The notes below the pieces were generated by a model, which worked only from the letters and a program-made list of their open reading frames with translations, ran no database searches and was not told the DNA's origin. Shown in pieces: positions 50,953-63,630 of a stretch of DNA of 64,000 nt. Numbering within the stretch: the first letter of the stretch is position 1; the number at the start of each line of letters is the position of its first letter. Source of the stretch: Botryllus schlosseri (lineage: Eukaryota); assembly GCA_051294905.1 (NCBI GenBank), contig CM119371.1:20586001-20650000 (forward strand), read 5' to 3'. Both the position numbers and the translations under genes were made by a program.

Positions 50953-53900
50953 TTATGAAAAAAAATCAGATAGTTTGGTGGATACATATTGAGTATTCTT
51001 GTCACCGACAACGACATACTGCACAAACGCCAGAAGCTGGAATTCTTTGGGATAAGACAGGTCCCAAGCATAATAGCATGCTATTAGGTTGAGCAACATG
51101 TCGAAGATCATGTCGTCTTCGCGACAAGAAATCGTTCGGCCGTCCGCTAGAATCCATCCCTGTATCTTTCCATTTCCATGCTTTGCAACCAACAAATGTG
51201 GCGGTTCGAACTTTTTGCTGTTGATGTCGATGTCATGGGCCTGAAATGTAGGTAAATTTTTCATTGTAACTATTCTAAACCATTTCGGGGGCCACAGGTT
51301 TACCGCCGCTGGTCTGCACAATCATCTGTGTCAACAAAAGATGCTACGAAACTCATTGACATTATATGACAATTATCCTCACGATAAAAACCTTCTTAGC
51401 GTCAACATAGTTATGAAACTATCGCATGATTTTCAAATCATACATCTGTTATAAACTGATGGTTATAATAATCTTATAAACAAGTACCTGTTGTACTGAT
51501 AACGCAGATATAGCGGTCTTCTTTTTCGAGTTTATTCTCAGATCAGTAACTTTTGATTGTAATTGTTGCAGCTTTACTAGTTCTTCATTAGCATTTGACT
51601 GAAAATATTGAATAATTGAGCAGTTATTATCAATCAAATCCAAATCAGAAAGGAATTGCGAGTCCGCATTCACCTTAAATATCTTATCCAATACAAGCAT
51701 CATTCTTTCGTAGTTTGTTCTGATCTCATCAACTGTGGTTGGTGCGATCAAACTCCAGAAATCTTCCCTTACCTGGAAAAGAATGTACATGTCTAAAAGA
51801 TTGATTAGAATATGATCAACATTATATAGAAAAGACTGCATAAAATCATAGTACATACATTCAGATCTATGAATATATTCATACACCAGGGTTGTAATGA
51901 CTCGACTCGAGTCAATACACATATTGACTCGATTCATTTTCTCAAAATACGGAAATGACTCGACTCGGTCAATATGTGTATCGACTCGACTTGGACTCGA
52001 GTCATGTCATTTGACTCGAGACGCAGACGGCCAAGAGCGACGTTTCATTGTAATTTCGAGGACTAGTACAGTATAACCAGCCTATTGGGAGCTCGTCTAT
52101 TGGTCTTGGTACTTGAAAATGCGACTAGAAATCAGGGTTGTAATGACTCGAGTCATGACTAGACTCGAGTCATGATTTTCTGATGAATTGACTAGAGTCA
52201 TTTCCTCGAATTACAGAGATGACTCGACTCGAGTCGTTGCGCATGACTCGAACCAAGTCATATTACTGGTGTCTTAGACTACAATGACAGACATTTCATT
52301 GTAATATCGACGAATAGTGATGTAACCACCTTATTGGGATTTCGTCTATTCGTACTGGCACTTTAGAATGCGACCAGAAGCTACTGTGAGGAAAATTAGT
52401 ATACATAAATGCGAGCCATTCGATATCAACAAACAGAATTTTAAAAGAGGGTTTAACAAGACCGTTACTGGAAACTGAGCAGTCAACACAATGAGTTGGA
52501 CTCGTACTCGAGTCATAATACCATGACTCGGACTCAAACCTTTGCTCGATGACTTGGACTAGATTTGGCCTTGACTGGGTGGTGAATTGAAAATGACTCG
52601 ACTTAAAACTATGAAAGTGATATTGACTTGAGACTCGGAGCCTTGTGACTTGGTTACAACCCTGTCATACACCGAAATTCATTTAATCGATTTTTAATTA
52701 AATTGGAAGAAACAGCCATGGCACATAATCTCACCAGTCTGATGTCGCTCAAAGTAGGGAACATTTCCAGAATTTCAGCCAGAGGAATCTCTTTCTTCGT
52801 TAGATGAGAACGCCGGTGTCCATATTGATACTTGAATAGAGACAAGACTTTGTGCCAATTGCGGTCCACATTAGCAAATTCATCTTGCAACTGACGAGAA
52901 GCTTCTTCAACAGTTATTAATCCACCTAAATGCATAAACATTAGTATTGAAACAAGTCCAAGAATGCTTGGTGCCACAGAAAACATACCTGTATCTGCCA
53001 GCGATGAAGTGCTCGTACGGCAAGAGGAAGTACGATGTTTGACAAGTCGGAGCGCTCTCAACTTCTGAGACAATTTCCTGTTAATATTACGCTAAAAAAT
53101 GTGAAGATTATTGCACAAGAATCGAGACTAATTTCACCATTTTACTCTACCCAAGGAGGATGCTGCAAGCTAGATTGTAGGCACGGATACCTCTCCACAA
53201 GCGACTTGCCAAATTTGTGGTATGCTGACTTGCTGGTCATGTCGCCATTTTTGAGGACGTGATGGGCACACTCCTCCACAATAAGGTTCATAACTTCATA
53301 AGGTGTACGTGACTTGAGTGCTTGTTGAACTCTGAAGCTGAATATTGGCAAGGGCATCGGAGCAATGAGTTCGGGGTCCTTGCGACTGCACGATGGCTGT
53401 AATATCGATAGAAATGTAAGATTGAACCCTACTATAATTATGCGAATAAATACCATATCATCCACATGGAGATCTGCATTGGTTGCTACGTCAGCTCGTC
53501 GAGGTATGAGCTGAAACGTAGACACTGGACAGTTTAGCTCAGTAATTCCCAAGGGCGGCCCCCAGATAGCCTTTTTGTGGCCCCCAAAATATATTAGGAA
53601 ATCGATTTATAACAAAAAATAAAATTTATATTTACAGAATACTCTTGTTTGGCTTGGCCTCTGTAGTTTTTAATTATAAAATTGCAGGAAAGTTGTGAGT
53701 ATAGACTGCTAACATGACGTCACTGCTGTTTCAATGCAATGTGCCCTAACTTTCCAGTTGAAAGAGCAGTAGCTATAGATATAAATAGTTATTGATAACT
53801 TTCAAAATTGGAGGAAAATCCTGAAACAGTGGTAAATATTTCCCACTTCGTGATCCCTTGACTAAAAAAGAAAAAGAGGCTCAACTGCCGGAAAATACAT

Positions 53901-56900
53901 TTTTTCTTTCACGCTAAAAGGTGGTTGACTGAAAAAAGGTCAACTTTCCGGTCCAGCTCCCGAAATAGCCACCATAGCGTTCCTACAGTGCTGACTTGAT
54001 GTATATCAGTCGAATTGGGCCCGATGTAACCAAAATCCTCAAAAAAGAAGACATTTGGGCGTCCTCATAGGACACTTTTTAAAAAAATCAAAACAGAGGA
54101 CAAATCATCTTAAAAGAGGAAGTATGGTAACCCTATGATGACTAGATGTGCAACATTTGACTCACGGTTGAATACGACGAGATGCATACTGCTCAGCCGG
54201 CTAAAAGCAGCATAATTGGTAGTCCTATATAGTCAGGGCCGTGACTACCGCACCACAAACCCCCCAATTGAAGGGGACTGAGCTGGAACGGGGCTCAAAA
54301 TTATTTCGTGAATTAGCATAAATTATAGAGTCTTTTTGAAAATTTATGCAACTTTTTCAAACATTTTTCGCGCTATTCGCGATTTCAATTCGCCACATAT
54401 CTGATTATTGCTTCCACAACTAGATTCATTGCAGTAAAGAATTTATTACTCGAAGACTTTTCGTGTGCACCTTATCGAGAGTTAACGGCACTGTAATAAG
54501 CATACAGGGAGAGATTCAAACGAAAACCAAATAGGCAAAGTATGACGTCATAATACAATAATAAAAAATTAAAGCTAGGCAAAGTCAGCTGTACCGGTAG
54601 TCATAACAAGAGACGAGTAGGGCTGGGCACAATGATTCGAGTACTTGAATCTGAATCGAGTATCAATCTTAATGATTCGAGTCGAGTAGTAAAATACTAT
54701 TTTTTGAGTACTGAAATTATACTCTCCTCGCCGCTGAAAGCTAATTCATCAAAGAGAATTATAGTTTCGCTACTAATTTTCCCTGTTGAAGCCTTGGAGC
54801 AAGGATCAGCAACCTACGGCCCGCCACGCGAAATCGTCCGGCCCGCGGCATCATAATTAGTTGTCACAAGAATACGGCCCGTCGTTTCTTGTTGAGTTTC
54901 AAACTTCAGTGCCAGCAGCACTGTTTAGAAAAATTGTGGCATTGCTAAGATATAAGTACGTTGTACTACTCTATTGTTACGACATAAAACTGATGCGTAG
55001 GCGGAATACTGGCATTATATCGTACGAAGCGCAGTGCAATATCGTCTGCAGAGTTTACGACAGTTGCCAAGAACAGTGCTCTTCAACCGAGTGCGTACAC
55101 CCAATAGTTAGTTTTAAAGGGTGCATCATGTGCCACTCATCATATCAACCGATTCAGTCATGAAACTAAAGAAATTTCTCGCGCTTCGCGCGTTTAGGCG
55201 AGAAAAGCTGATTCACCTAACGGACACCCAATGCAGCAGATAAGTAGCGGTAAACAGTGTACAGTTTTGAAATCTCGCCAGGGCAATAAATCTACTCCGA
55301 AATAGCCATGATGACTGTTTGGGTCCGTTTCATAGCCGTAGTATTCGTGCGGCCCGACCGTACTCTGAAATTCTAAATTTGGCCCTCACACCGAAAAAGT
55401 TTGGGAACCACTGGTTTAGCTCATTTCACAGTAAAATGTTACAAAATAATAATTACCGGCATTGGCGTGGCTGAAGCTCCCATATCCTCCCGGACTGATT
55501 TGACTATGGGTAGGGTGGTATTGGACTGCGCGAGTGATTCTACATCAATACGAACCGACTCATCCACAGGCAAGGTGGTGTCCGACTCTGCAAGTGAGGC
55601 TGACTCATCGCACGGATTGTCTGGGTCTGCGACTGAGGCTGATCCATGGCGCGAATTGTCTGGGCCTCCATTAGTAGCTAGCTTCTCCCATACCTGTAAC
55701 ACCAAGATTTAGTTGTATGAACAGAGGTTTCATAGTTGATTAGCTCATACTTCTTGCAGCCTCAACAGACGGTACGTCACACCGACGCTGAACATTTGCC
55801 AAAAATCTTTGTCACGAAGATTGGTGAAAATATCCGCGTCTATGTCATTCTCTAAGAAATGAAACAATTTTAGTACATAACATCAATTGATTACACTCGT
55901 ATTAACAATTGTCACAAACACCACACATGGCCAACATGCCTCGTCATTACAAATTGCTGGTCATCAATAATATGGCTTATTTGAGGCCACGGAAATTCAT
56001 GATCAGATATGCAGAGCAACCTATTGACATTGCTATGTCTAATAAGAAATGAATTCATTGTGAACTTGAAATAACCAACAACCAGTTTATGGCAATTGCA
56101 AAATAATCGATCGTTTACATAAATGAGTTCATCGATACAAATAAATTCCGGTAAGCCATCGTCTTTGAAGCTTTCAACAAGGATATCTCCTACTTCGTAA
56201 ACGATATTTTTATGAGAAACTTTTTGAGCAGTAACACATGTATCTGCTTGGCAGTCCACTAACCCCAATAAATCAGGATAATCTGCAACTGGTGAATTTT
56301 TTTTCTCATCAAGAACAGTTTCATCTTTCAAATAATTGATTTTTCTCACGCCTTCATCATCAATCATTTTTACGCACATCCACTTTTGATGATGAAAACT
56401 TAAACTCAACGGCAGATTTTTGAAATTGAACCACCTTTTTTGTTTGAAAAACCCATTCTTCGCCTCATACCTCATACATGCATGGAAACCAAGCGGACCA
56501 AATTGCAATAATTGGTTTGAAAAATGAACTAGGAAATGCATTTTTGGAGTAAATGAGCAACTGGGATATAACCGCTTGAATTCTTCGCTGTGAATTGCTA
56601 TCAGGCAAGTGAGGTCATATGCTACGTTTGGTGAGCTGATGAATGAAAATGAAAGCTGCACGATTTTGAGCAGTCTAACTAAATTCATCCAACGCTTATT
56701 GTCTTCGGTCATAGAAGGGCCAATTAGGAATGGGAGGGTCTGCAAAAGTACAAGCATATTAGCAGCGGTCTGTGGAAGATTGGAGCTTGGGTGCAAATGT
56801 TTTTTTTCAATCATTTGTGGCTTATCTTTTAGCAAGCTCTCAGTGTACTCAAAATTTTGCAATTGGTGGTTCAAACGAGCTAACGATAATGAGTCAACAT

Positions 56901-58634
56901 CTATCTGATGTAATAAAAATGCCTTTAGCTCAATCTTCACAATGCCTTCAAGTAGAACATGCATGGGGTCGTGTAATACTCCCTTGGTGACATCAAAATG
57001 CGGAATATCACTGAGGAAAGTTGCATTGTTTATGCCAAATTGCTGAGAGAGTTCAGAACGTTCAGCATTTGTAGGACAGCATCTCAAGGCTTCCAATTGC
57101 TCAGCATGCCGCTCTTTCGAGCGGATAGGACAATTCTCATGTGCATTATAATCAGCAATTTCCTGCTTGTGAACATTACAAGTGCGACAAGGTTTATCGG
57201 CCCCACCAACACCTTCTTTGAACCCAGCTAACTGCTGTGCAGCAGGAGTGTCAGCAGTACAATACAACAAGAAACCATGAATAACCTGTTTAGACCCATT
57301 AATAGTGAGATTCACGCCTTGCGATAACATTTTCATTGCATTTACAAAATCTTCTAAAATAGCATTGTGGCCGGAAAACCGTTTCAGGTCAACAGATTTT
57401 GCAAGGCAAAGCAATTGCATACTTTTTAGTTTGCTGCGCAAATGGTTGGGGATATTCAGCAATGACCAATAATATGCAGTTATTTTATGTTTCTTGCGAT
57501 GTGCTCCAATTGGATTAACGATTTCAAATTCATCAGAATACAGTGAAAACAAGAGGCAGTCCGGATGACGGATTATCCCTTCATGCGTTTTTAAATATTC
57601 ACCCTGCCAAACATCTTTCATGACATCAAACTTGTGATGGACAACATATGGCGACATGCGAACAAGCTCCGTGCAATCTAGTACTACTGCTAATTGTTCC
57701 AGGAAGGGCACGAAGTATCCAGTGGCTGGTTTTTGCACAATTCGATAGCTTCTACATTGTCTTTTATTAACAGTGCGAAAACCTAAGACCACTTTTTCTG
57801 GTTTCACATAATTAAAATGATCCCGGTAGAACTTTTGACGGGATTCTTTACTTTCCAAGCTAGAGAAAATTTCAGGATTGGTCATATCTTCAACGGCAGC
57901 ACTCGGCAAACTTGCCATGTTAGCTGTTACTTTTCTTAGCATAGCTTCATTGGAAACTCGAATATCTTCCACCCCAGCATCAGACAGCTTATGAATGGTT
58001 TCGAGTCTGAGGAGAAGTGCGGCCTGAGGCAAAATCAGAGCCATGGGAAAAGTTTCAACAGGACTTGCAATGACATGAGGGGCTGGATCACATTCCATGA
58101 CCTCTGATGAGCTATTTCCGGGAGTAGCTTCATCCACAATTTCATGTGAAGGAGTCAAATCCAATTCAGATAGACTCTTATGATACGTCCGACAATGATT
58201 TTTGAACTGCTTATGATTGTGGAATCTGGTTCGGCAGAGCTTGCATTTATAAATCAGACTAGGATGGTCTTTGTGGCGTTTCAGCAAATGTTTTGTAAGC
58301 CGATCCGAACTCCCAACAAAGGGGCACAACCAACAAGACTCTCCGTTGGACATTTATCATAAGTACACGCTAATAATAACCTAAGCTGCAAAATAACAAT
58401 TCTAATAGATCACAATTGACACCAGTATCCAACCAACCCCGCACAAGTCGTAGGCTACCGTACTGATTATAACTGCACACGCACAGTGCACAAGCTGTCT
58501 CGATTAGCTAGTTAACAGGGCACATTGCTGAAGCTATATTACTTATAGTTACCTTCCAATTTCTGGATGTGTTGCGATGCAATACCGTTACTTGCCAAGA
58601 AAGCTTTAAAACCCGCATGCTGATTCCCTGTCAT
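50953..58634 (-). CDS. Spliced transposon accessory gene with N-terminal SAM domain and SAMD3-like C-terminus, ~507 aa, 8 exons (58634-58553, 55851-55751, 55693-55457, 53396-53146, 53077-52989, 52925-52735, 51772-51488, 51240-50953)
   Basis: GT-AG introns with compatible phases; the exon 4 donor is the least certain. Exons 1+2 give the SAM-like FLASNGIASQHIQKLEENDIDADIFTNLRDKDFWQMFSVGVTYRLL. Later motifs LVERYPCL, YGHRR..EILEMFPTL and LIACYYAWDLSYPKE..LAFVQ resemble SAMD3-like proteins. Minus-strand AATAAA near 50355. Confidence 0.8.
51887..52664. mobile_element. hAT MITE in intron 6 of the SAM gene (GACTCGAGTC-rich, one end internally duplicated at ~52133)
   Basis: TIR CAGGGTTGTAA / TTACAACCCTG, exact TSD TCATACAC. 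Confidence 0.9.
53540..55413. mobile_element. Composite hAT MITE in intron 3 of the SAM gene
   Basis: CAGTAATTCCCAA / TTGGGAACCACTG, exact TSD GTTTAGCT; fragments of other MITEs inside. Confidence 0.8.
55912..58353 (-). CDS. EnSpm/CMC-type DDE transposase with two N-terminal C2H2 zinc fingers, 813 aa, intronless
   Basis: Uninterrupted ORF. Zinc fingers CWLC..HLLKRH and CKLC..HCRTYH. Motifs YSDEFEIVNPIG..KKHK, LLNIP..LRSKL, ADTPA, PCRTC, HDPMHVLLEG, TPKMHFLVH and CMRYEAKN are typical of animal EnSpm-like transposases. Confidence 0.92.
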   Translation of the reverse strand: MSNGESCWLCPFVGSSDRLTKHLLKRHKDHPSLIYKCKLCRTRFHNHKQFKNHCRTYHKSLSELDLTPSHEIVDEATPGNSSSEVMECDPAPHVIASPVETFPMALILPQAALLLRLETIHKLSDAGVEDIRVSNEAMLRKVTANMASLPSAAVEDMTNPEIFSSLESKESRQKFYRDHFNYVKPEKVVLGFRTVNKRQCRSYRIVQKPATGYFVPFLEQLAVVLDCTELVRMSPYVVHHKFDVMKDVWQGEYLKTHEGIIRHPDCLLFSLYSDEFEIVNPIGAHRKKHKITAYYWSLLNIPNHLRSKLKSMQLLCLAKSVDLKRFSGHNAILEDFVNAMKMLSQGVNLTINGSKQVIHGFLLYCTADTPAAQQLAGFKEGVGGADKPCRTCNVHKQEIADYNAHENCPIRSKERHAEQLEALRCCPTNAERSELSQQFGINNATFLSDIPHFDVTKGVLHDPMHVLLEGIVKIELKAFLLHQIDVDSLSLARLNHQLQNFEYTESLLKDKPQMIEKKHLHPSSNLPQTAANMLVLLQTLPFLIGPSMTEDNKRWMNLVRLLKIVQLSFSFISSPNVAYDLTCLIAIHSEEFKRLYPSCSFTPKMHFLVHFSNQLLQFGPLGFHACMRYEAKNGFFKQKRWFNFKNLPLSLSFHHQKWMCVKMIDDEGVRKINYLKDETVLDEKKNSPVADYPDLLGLVDCQADTCVTAQKVSHKNIVYEVGDILVESFKDDGLPEFICIDELIYVNDRLFCNCHKLVVGYFKFTMNSFLIRHSNVNRLLCISDHEFPWPQISHIIDDQQFVMTRHVGHVWCL

Positions 58635-60743
58635 CGTGATCGCATCACATCGCAAAAGAGCGAGAAGCGGTCGAAAAAGAGGAAGTATAAGAATAGCACT
58701 AAAGGTCACTCCCGGTCGTGCCGCTTTAGCACGATATTGTGCTGCCACAAGCGGCAGATTTGGCGATTGCGCTTTATCTCATTTACAGTGTACGAAGCAT
58801 GATTCATGACTAAAAGTCATTGGTTCAGTGAGGCTGATGTAACTGAAATTTATTGTTCATAGTGTATAATCACGAATCTTTTGTCTTCTGCTACATATGT
58901 TACATCAATCGCTTCCTTCCGTCTTTAGTTTCCATCCGCTGTCTAGTCACAGCTGCTCACTCGCAATTTAAGCTCATGACCCCTGAATCATTGAAATTGG
59001 ATTTTCATAGTTAGTCCCCTTTCTCACTAAAGACAATATAATTTGAGTGCGCTACTGCGATATCCGCGATTTGATCACAGCAAGTCGTAAACTACCTCTC
59101 TCGCCCTCCTCTACAATACCTGCTCATTAACTCAATCCCATCCATTTTGAAATGGTGAGAGCTCTTTAGTTAGCAACAACGTGCATCATATGCAGATATT
59201 TGAGCATGATTGTGAATATTCTCAATGAGCTCTGCGCAAATGTGAGCCGTATTTCCTTTTTTTAGACAGATATACGGTTATGAACGGATAACATCGGGTT
59301 AACGTTGTTAAGTTTTCCAGGTAGATTACTATCATTATAACCATCGCATTCCCACACCGACCCCTAGGATTTTTAAGGTCAACCTATACCTTTCAGAAGC
59401 TGTGCACCCTGTTCATCCTCGCGAATGCAAATACCAGTTACAGGAATGAACATTTACCATTTTTGCTACCCGATCGCTTCCATTAGTTATTTTTGTCCAC
59501 TAGTTTCTCTAAATCATCAACGTTGGGAACCACTGATTTATATGACAAACCATGTAATAGGAAATCTGATATGATAAATGAGAGCAGGTAAATATTTGTA
59601 AATATAAATGGGTCGGAGATTAGAAATATGTGGCTATTGCAGGCGCTGAAGTTTCTGGTGATAAAAATCTGTCATAGTCACTAATTAGGCCTACTCCTGA
59701 AAACACATACGAAGAATATGCTGAATTGACCATGTCTTGATCGAAAATGGCCGCTATCGGAAACTATACCGTTTTAGTGACTTTCAACCCACTGTCATCA
59801 AATACTTTAGTTGCGTGAATATCATATCTAAGCACATCCTCGTGGAATAGCGCAGACAAATTTGAGGTATCGTCGTTTGAATAACAAGCGTATCATCAAC
59901 ATTCTATCAGCTGTTCGATGATTTTGGAGTTCATTTTCCAAAAACATATCTAAAAATATAATTCAAATTGTCGCCTACGCTTCATCAAAGGTCATATCAT
60001 GATATAATTAGGGTTGCATTAAAAACAAGCGGTGTTTTAAAACCCTTTGTCAAAAACATGTTTTAAACTGTGTTTTTTCAAACAAATCACATAAAAAAAA
60101 TTTCAAGCCTTTAATTATGCTATAATTGTGTAAATACGTCCGAAATGAGCCTTGATCGGTGGATAATCCAAGAATTTTCATCGAAAAACTGGAATAACTC
60201 CGCTTCTACGGCTTGGAATTGAGTAAAATTTGTTTTGCATAGTCTTTGAAGACAGCCCAACAATTTCATGAGGTTAGCAGTAAAATTTGAAAAAAAAATT
60301 TTTTTTGCGTTTCTGGGCAAATTCAAAATTTTCAAACTCTACGTAAACCGCGAATATTGGTTGGAATGAATTCAAATTTGGTGTGCGTCGTTTTCAAGGT
60401 AACCTGACGATTTAATCATGTAGCCCGCAAGATTAAGGAAAAAATGTTATTTTTGAACCGCCCTAGTGGACGGTCATGAACAGTCAACTAATTCTGTTCC
60501 TATATTGACATATCAGACATTTGCACGTGGCGGCGACAATATTGGTCAGTCAGCAAGAAGCATCATGAAGAAGGTTGCCAGTCTGGTGTAATTATAGCAG
60601 AGTCGGAAAGAATGGGAAATACACTTTCATCAACCTCCATTTGAACAAGATCACATATAGTAAGAGACATTCATGATATGCTGCAAATGTGACAGTGTTC
60701 TTTGTCTAGTCACCTCACTCATGTAACTATTGAGGCTTCATGC

Positions 60744-61231
60744 CAAGGTTGTAACCAAGTCACAAGGCTCCGGGTGGCAAGTCAATTTCACTTTTATAGT
60801 TTTGACTCGAGTCATTTTCAATTCACCACCTAGTCAAGTCCGAGTCCAAGTCAGCGAGCAGAGGGCCGAGTCCGAGTTATGGTATTATGACTCGAGCCAG
60901 AGTATAAGTCATTGTGTTAGCTGCTTAGTTTCCAATTTAGGTCTTTTTAAACCAACTTATATTTTTTGTGATATCGAGTGGGTCACATTTATAATATACG
61001 AATTTTCCTTACTTTTAACAGTTTCTGGCCGCATTTTCAAATACCAGTATCAATAGGCGAAATCCTAATAGCGATTTGCTGTACTATTCTTTGAAATAAT
61101 CATGAAATGTCGGTCTTGGCCGTCTGAGTCTCAAGTCATGCGCAATGAGTCGAGTCATTTCCGTACTTTGAGAAGATGACCTGAGTCAAGTCGAGTCAAC
61201 AGAAAATCGTGACTCGAGTCTTACAACCCTG
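60744..61231. mobile_element. hAT MITE, inverted relative of 51887-52664
   Basis: CAAGGTTGTAA / TTACAACCCTG, exact TSD CTTCATGC. Confidence 0.88.
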
Positions 61232-61569
61232 CTTCATGCAATGAGCATTTACTTTGAAGATAAATAGTAATTAAATAACTGGTTGGTGGTACAAAATTTT
61301 AATACTGCTTCCAAAAGTACCTTCCTGATAAACGTTATTGAAACCTGAAGAACTTTTCGCGCTCCAATTAAAGAGCTACCGGCACGATAAAGGAAGCAAA
61401 ACAGAGTTGAATTCAAAATCAGATGGAGAATTATGATGCATTAATGTCGAATGTAGAAATAACATCAATGGAGCCAGAGCACAGCAACAATGCAGTGTAT
61501 AACAACGGTCGCGTAAAACAGTATGACAGCGTGACACAATTCTTTATTTATTTATTATAGTGGTGCCCG

Positions 61570-61915
61570 CCGTAAATACTATTTTATTCAAGTCCAAATT
61601 TTTCGATGGCAATAACTCCGCTTCCACTTGTTTGAATCGAACCAAATTTGATGAACATCGTTTCTATACATAACCTAACACTTTCATGGGGTGAACAGAA
61701 AATTTTCAAATTTTTTCTATTTATTTTTATATAATAAATATAAACTTTCTTTTCCTGTAGCAATGCGGCTACTGGTTGGAATTGAACCAAATTTGGTGTG
61801 TAGGCTTGAATTAGGTAACCTAACAATTTTATCAAGTAGCCAGAACGATTTCAGAAAAAACCTAACAATTTTATCAAGTAGCCAGAACGATTTGAGAAAA
61901 AAAGTCATTTTTTTA
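61570..61915. repeat. Dispersed repeat with internal CCAAATTTG-containing subrepeats (copies ~7720-7900, ~60170-60450)
   Basis: Shared start CCGTAAATACTATTTT..AATTTTTC..GCAATAA..CGCTTC..CCAAATTTG; class unknown. Confidence 0.6.
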
Positions 61916-63111
61916 AGAGCCCTAATGTCCATGTCAGAGAAACGTTTTAGGGTAGGCCTACTCTCATGTCTCGCAGCGTTCTCTACATAATTGTCAATTG
62001 CGATACAAACTGTACTTGTATTGGTAAAGCCATCCAACTTCGAATTGTAAAATGTTGGGAGTCTTGATATCAAATTTTTGAAAGGTGCACTTTGAGAAGA
62101 TTTCGGAATCTGTCAAATTATACAAAAAAAATTAGCAAATCTTTTGACATATTTCATCTATTTGGGACTCGATCAACGTAAAAGAATTGGTAATTATTTT
62201 ATACAATATATTGTATTTGTAGTTGAAGTATAGTAATAATTCTTATGGTTACCGCACTTGTAACGATTCACGGCCATAACTGGAATAATTAGAATGATGT
62301 AACTTTCAAATTGTCATGCATTTTGCAACAACATTGTTCTCAATTTTCAAGGTGCTGACCATTGGAGGAAGAATCACCATTAAGCCGGGAATTCGTGATC
62401 CGTAAACGCGGCCGACTGTTTCTCTCCTGAAGCGGAAGCGACAGAGAAGAGGAACGAAGAAAAAAAAGGAGCAGAGCAGTTGCGGTGAAATAGGGGTGGT
62501 GTCATTTGGTATCAATATTGACTATTAAAAGACCATTTGTTAGTGGTCATGGATCTGTTCGGCCAGAAGTCAGTAATTTCTGATGGTCACTTCCCGGCTT
62601 CTGTTCTCTAACCCCTCATGATTGTTATTCTGCTTCTAGTAAGACTGTCGATTCAAGTCATGCGCAATGAGTCGAGTCACTAATTCTCATTTTAATGTCT
62701 TGCTGGTTATCTTGCTGTCAATTCTAATAATTTGTTAATGTCTATACCAGTGCAGCCACTCAAATGTTTTGTTCTCTGTACACAATATTGTTAGGTCTTC
62801 AGCTTTCCAGGCCGAGTATCATTCCACTTTCTAGACTTGAGTATATATCTCTCCAACTAGCTGCCAAATAACTGATTCATTTGGATTGTTGAATTGATAA
62901 TTTTTGACAGAATGTGAAGAAATTTTAGTCAAGAATTCTTTTTTTGTTAGTGGCTGTTTTCAAAGATTGCTGAAGTAGTCATCGTTGATCAGTGGTTCTC
63001 AACCTTTTTTGATACGCGCCCCCCTTGGAGATGGTCAAAAAAATCGCGCCCCCCTAACCCCCCCCCCCCCTTGCATTTATCTTCATGTCAAAAAGAGTAC
63101 ATCATATAATA

Positions 63112-63630
63112 CAGAGGTGGGCAACGTTTTTGATAATCATGGCCGCATTTCGATTGCCTATGTAGCGTAAGGCCGCATTCCAGGGCATAGCCGCAATGAA
63201 CGATCTGGACGCAAAATTCCTATGGTAAACTGTCCATATCCATTCCCGGTGAACTCCGCACTATTCTACTTTTCACAATGGCCTATTGTACGCACCGAAA
63301 TCGCGAGTGGCAATGTTATGAATAGTTGCCGGGAGGTGCATATTGTCGCGCGGAGTGCGAAAATTTTTCAGGGCCGCGAACGAATTGTTATTTCTTGCCA
63401 ATTCCCATTCCGGCTCAGATTAAGAAGGGCGCTACTGCATTAAAATCGAAAAATGAAGTCTTGTTGAATTGCGCGGAGGGTGAAGAAAATTTCAAAATTA
63501 ATTAAAATCTCTCGAAAATCCGGGAGTGAATTCGTAATTGCAATTTGCATGTCTACGGCCGCCAACACATTGAATTAGGCGTCGACGGCCGCTCAAATTC
63601 CCTTCTACGGCCGCAGGCTGCCCACCCCTG
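63112..63630. mobile_element. hAT MITE (relatives at ~38250-38400 and ~5020-5227)
   Basis: CAGAGGTGGGCAAC / GCTGCCCACCCCTG, TSD ATATAATA/ATCTAATA. Confidence 0.82.

Larger units (their letters stand above)
50114..58790 (-). mobile_element. EnSpm/CACTA (CMC superfamily) DNA transposon, ~8.7 kb, apparently autonomous (element B)
   Basis: 10-bp TIRs CACTGTAAAT (50114) and ATTTACAGTG (ends 58790). 2-bp TSD TA at 50112-13 and 58791-92. Scattered GTGCT/AGCAC subterminal motifs at both ends. Encloses a transposase ORF and an accessory gene. Confidence 0.88.

Noticed and set aside
56609..57231. Plus-strand ORFs overlapping the transposase
   Set aside because: Antisense shadows with no recognisable motifs.
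58635..58748. Upstream in-frame extension of SAM exon 1 in the ORF track
   Set aside because: Starts at a non-ATG codon in the subterminal region; the ATG at 58634 fits better.
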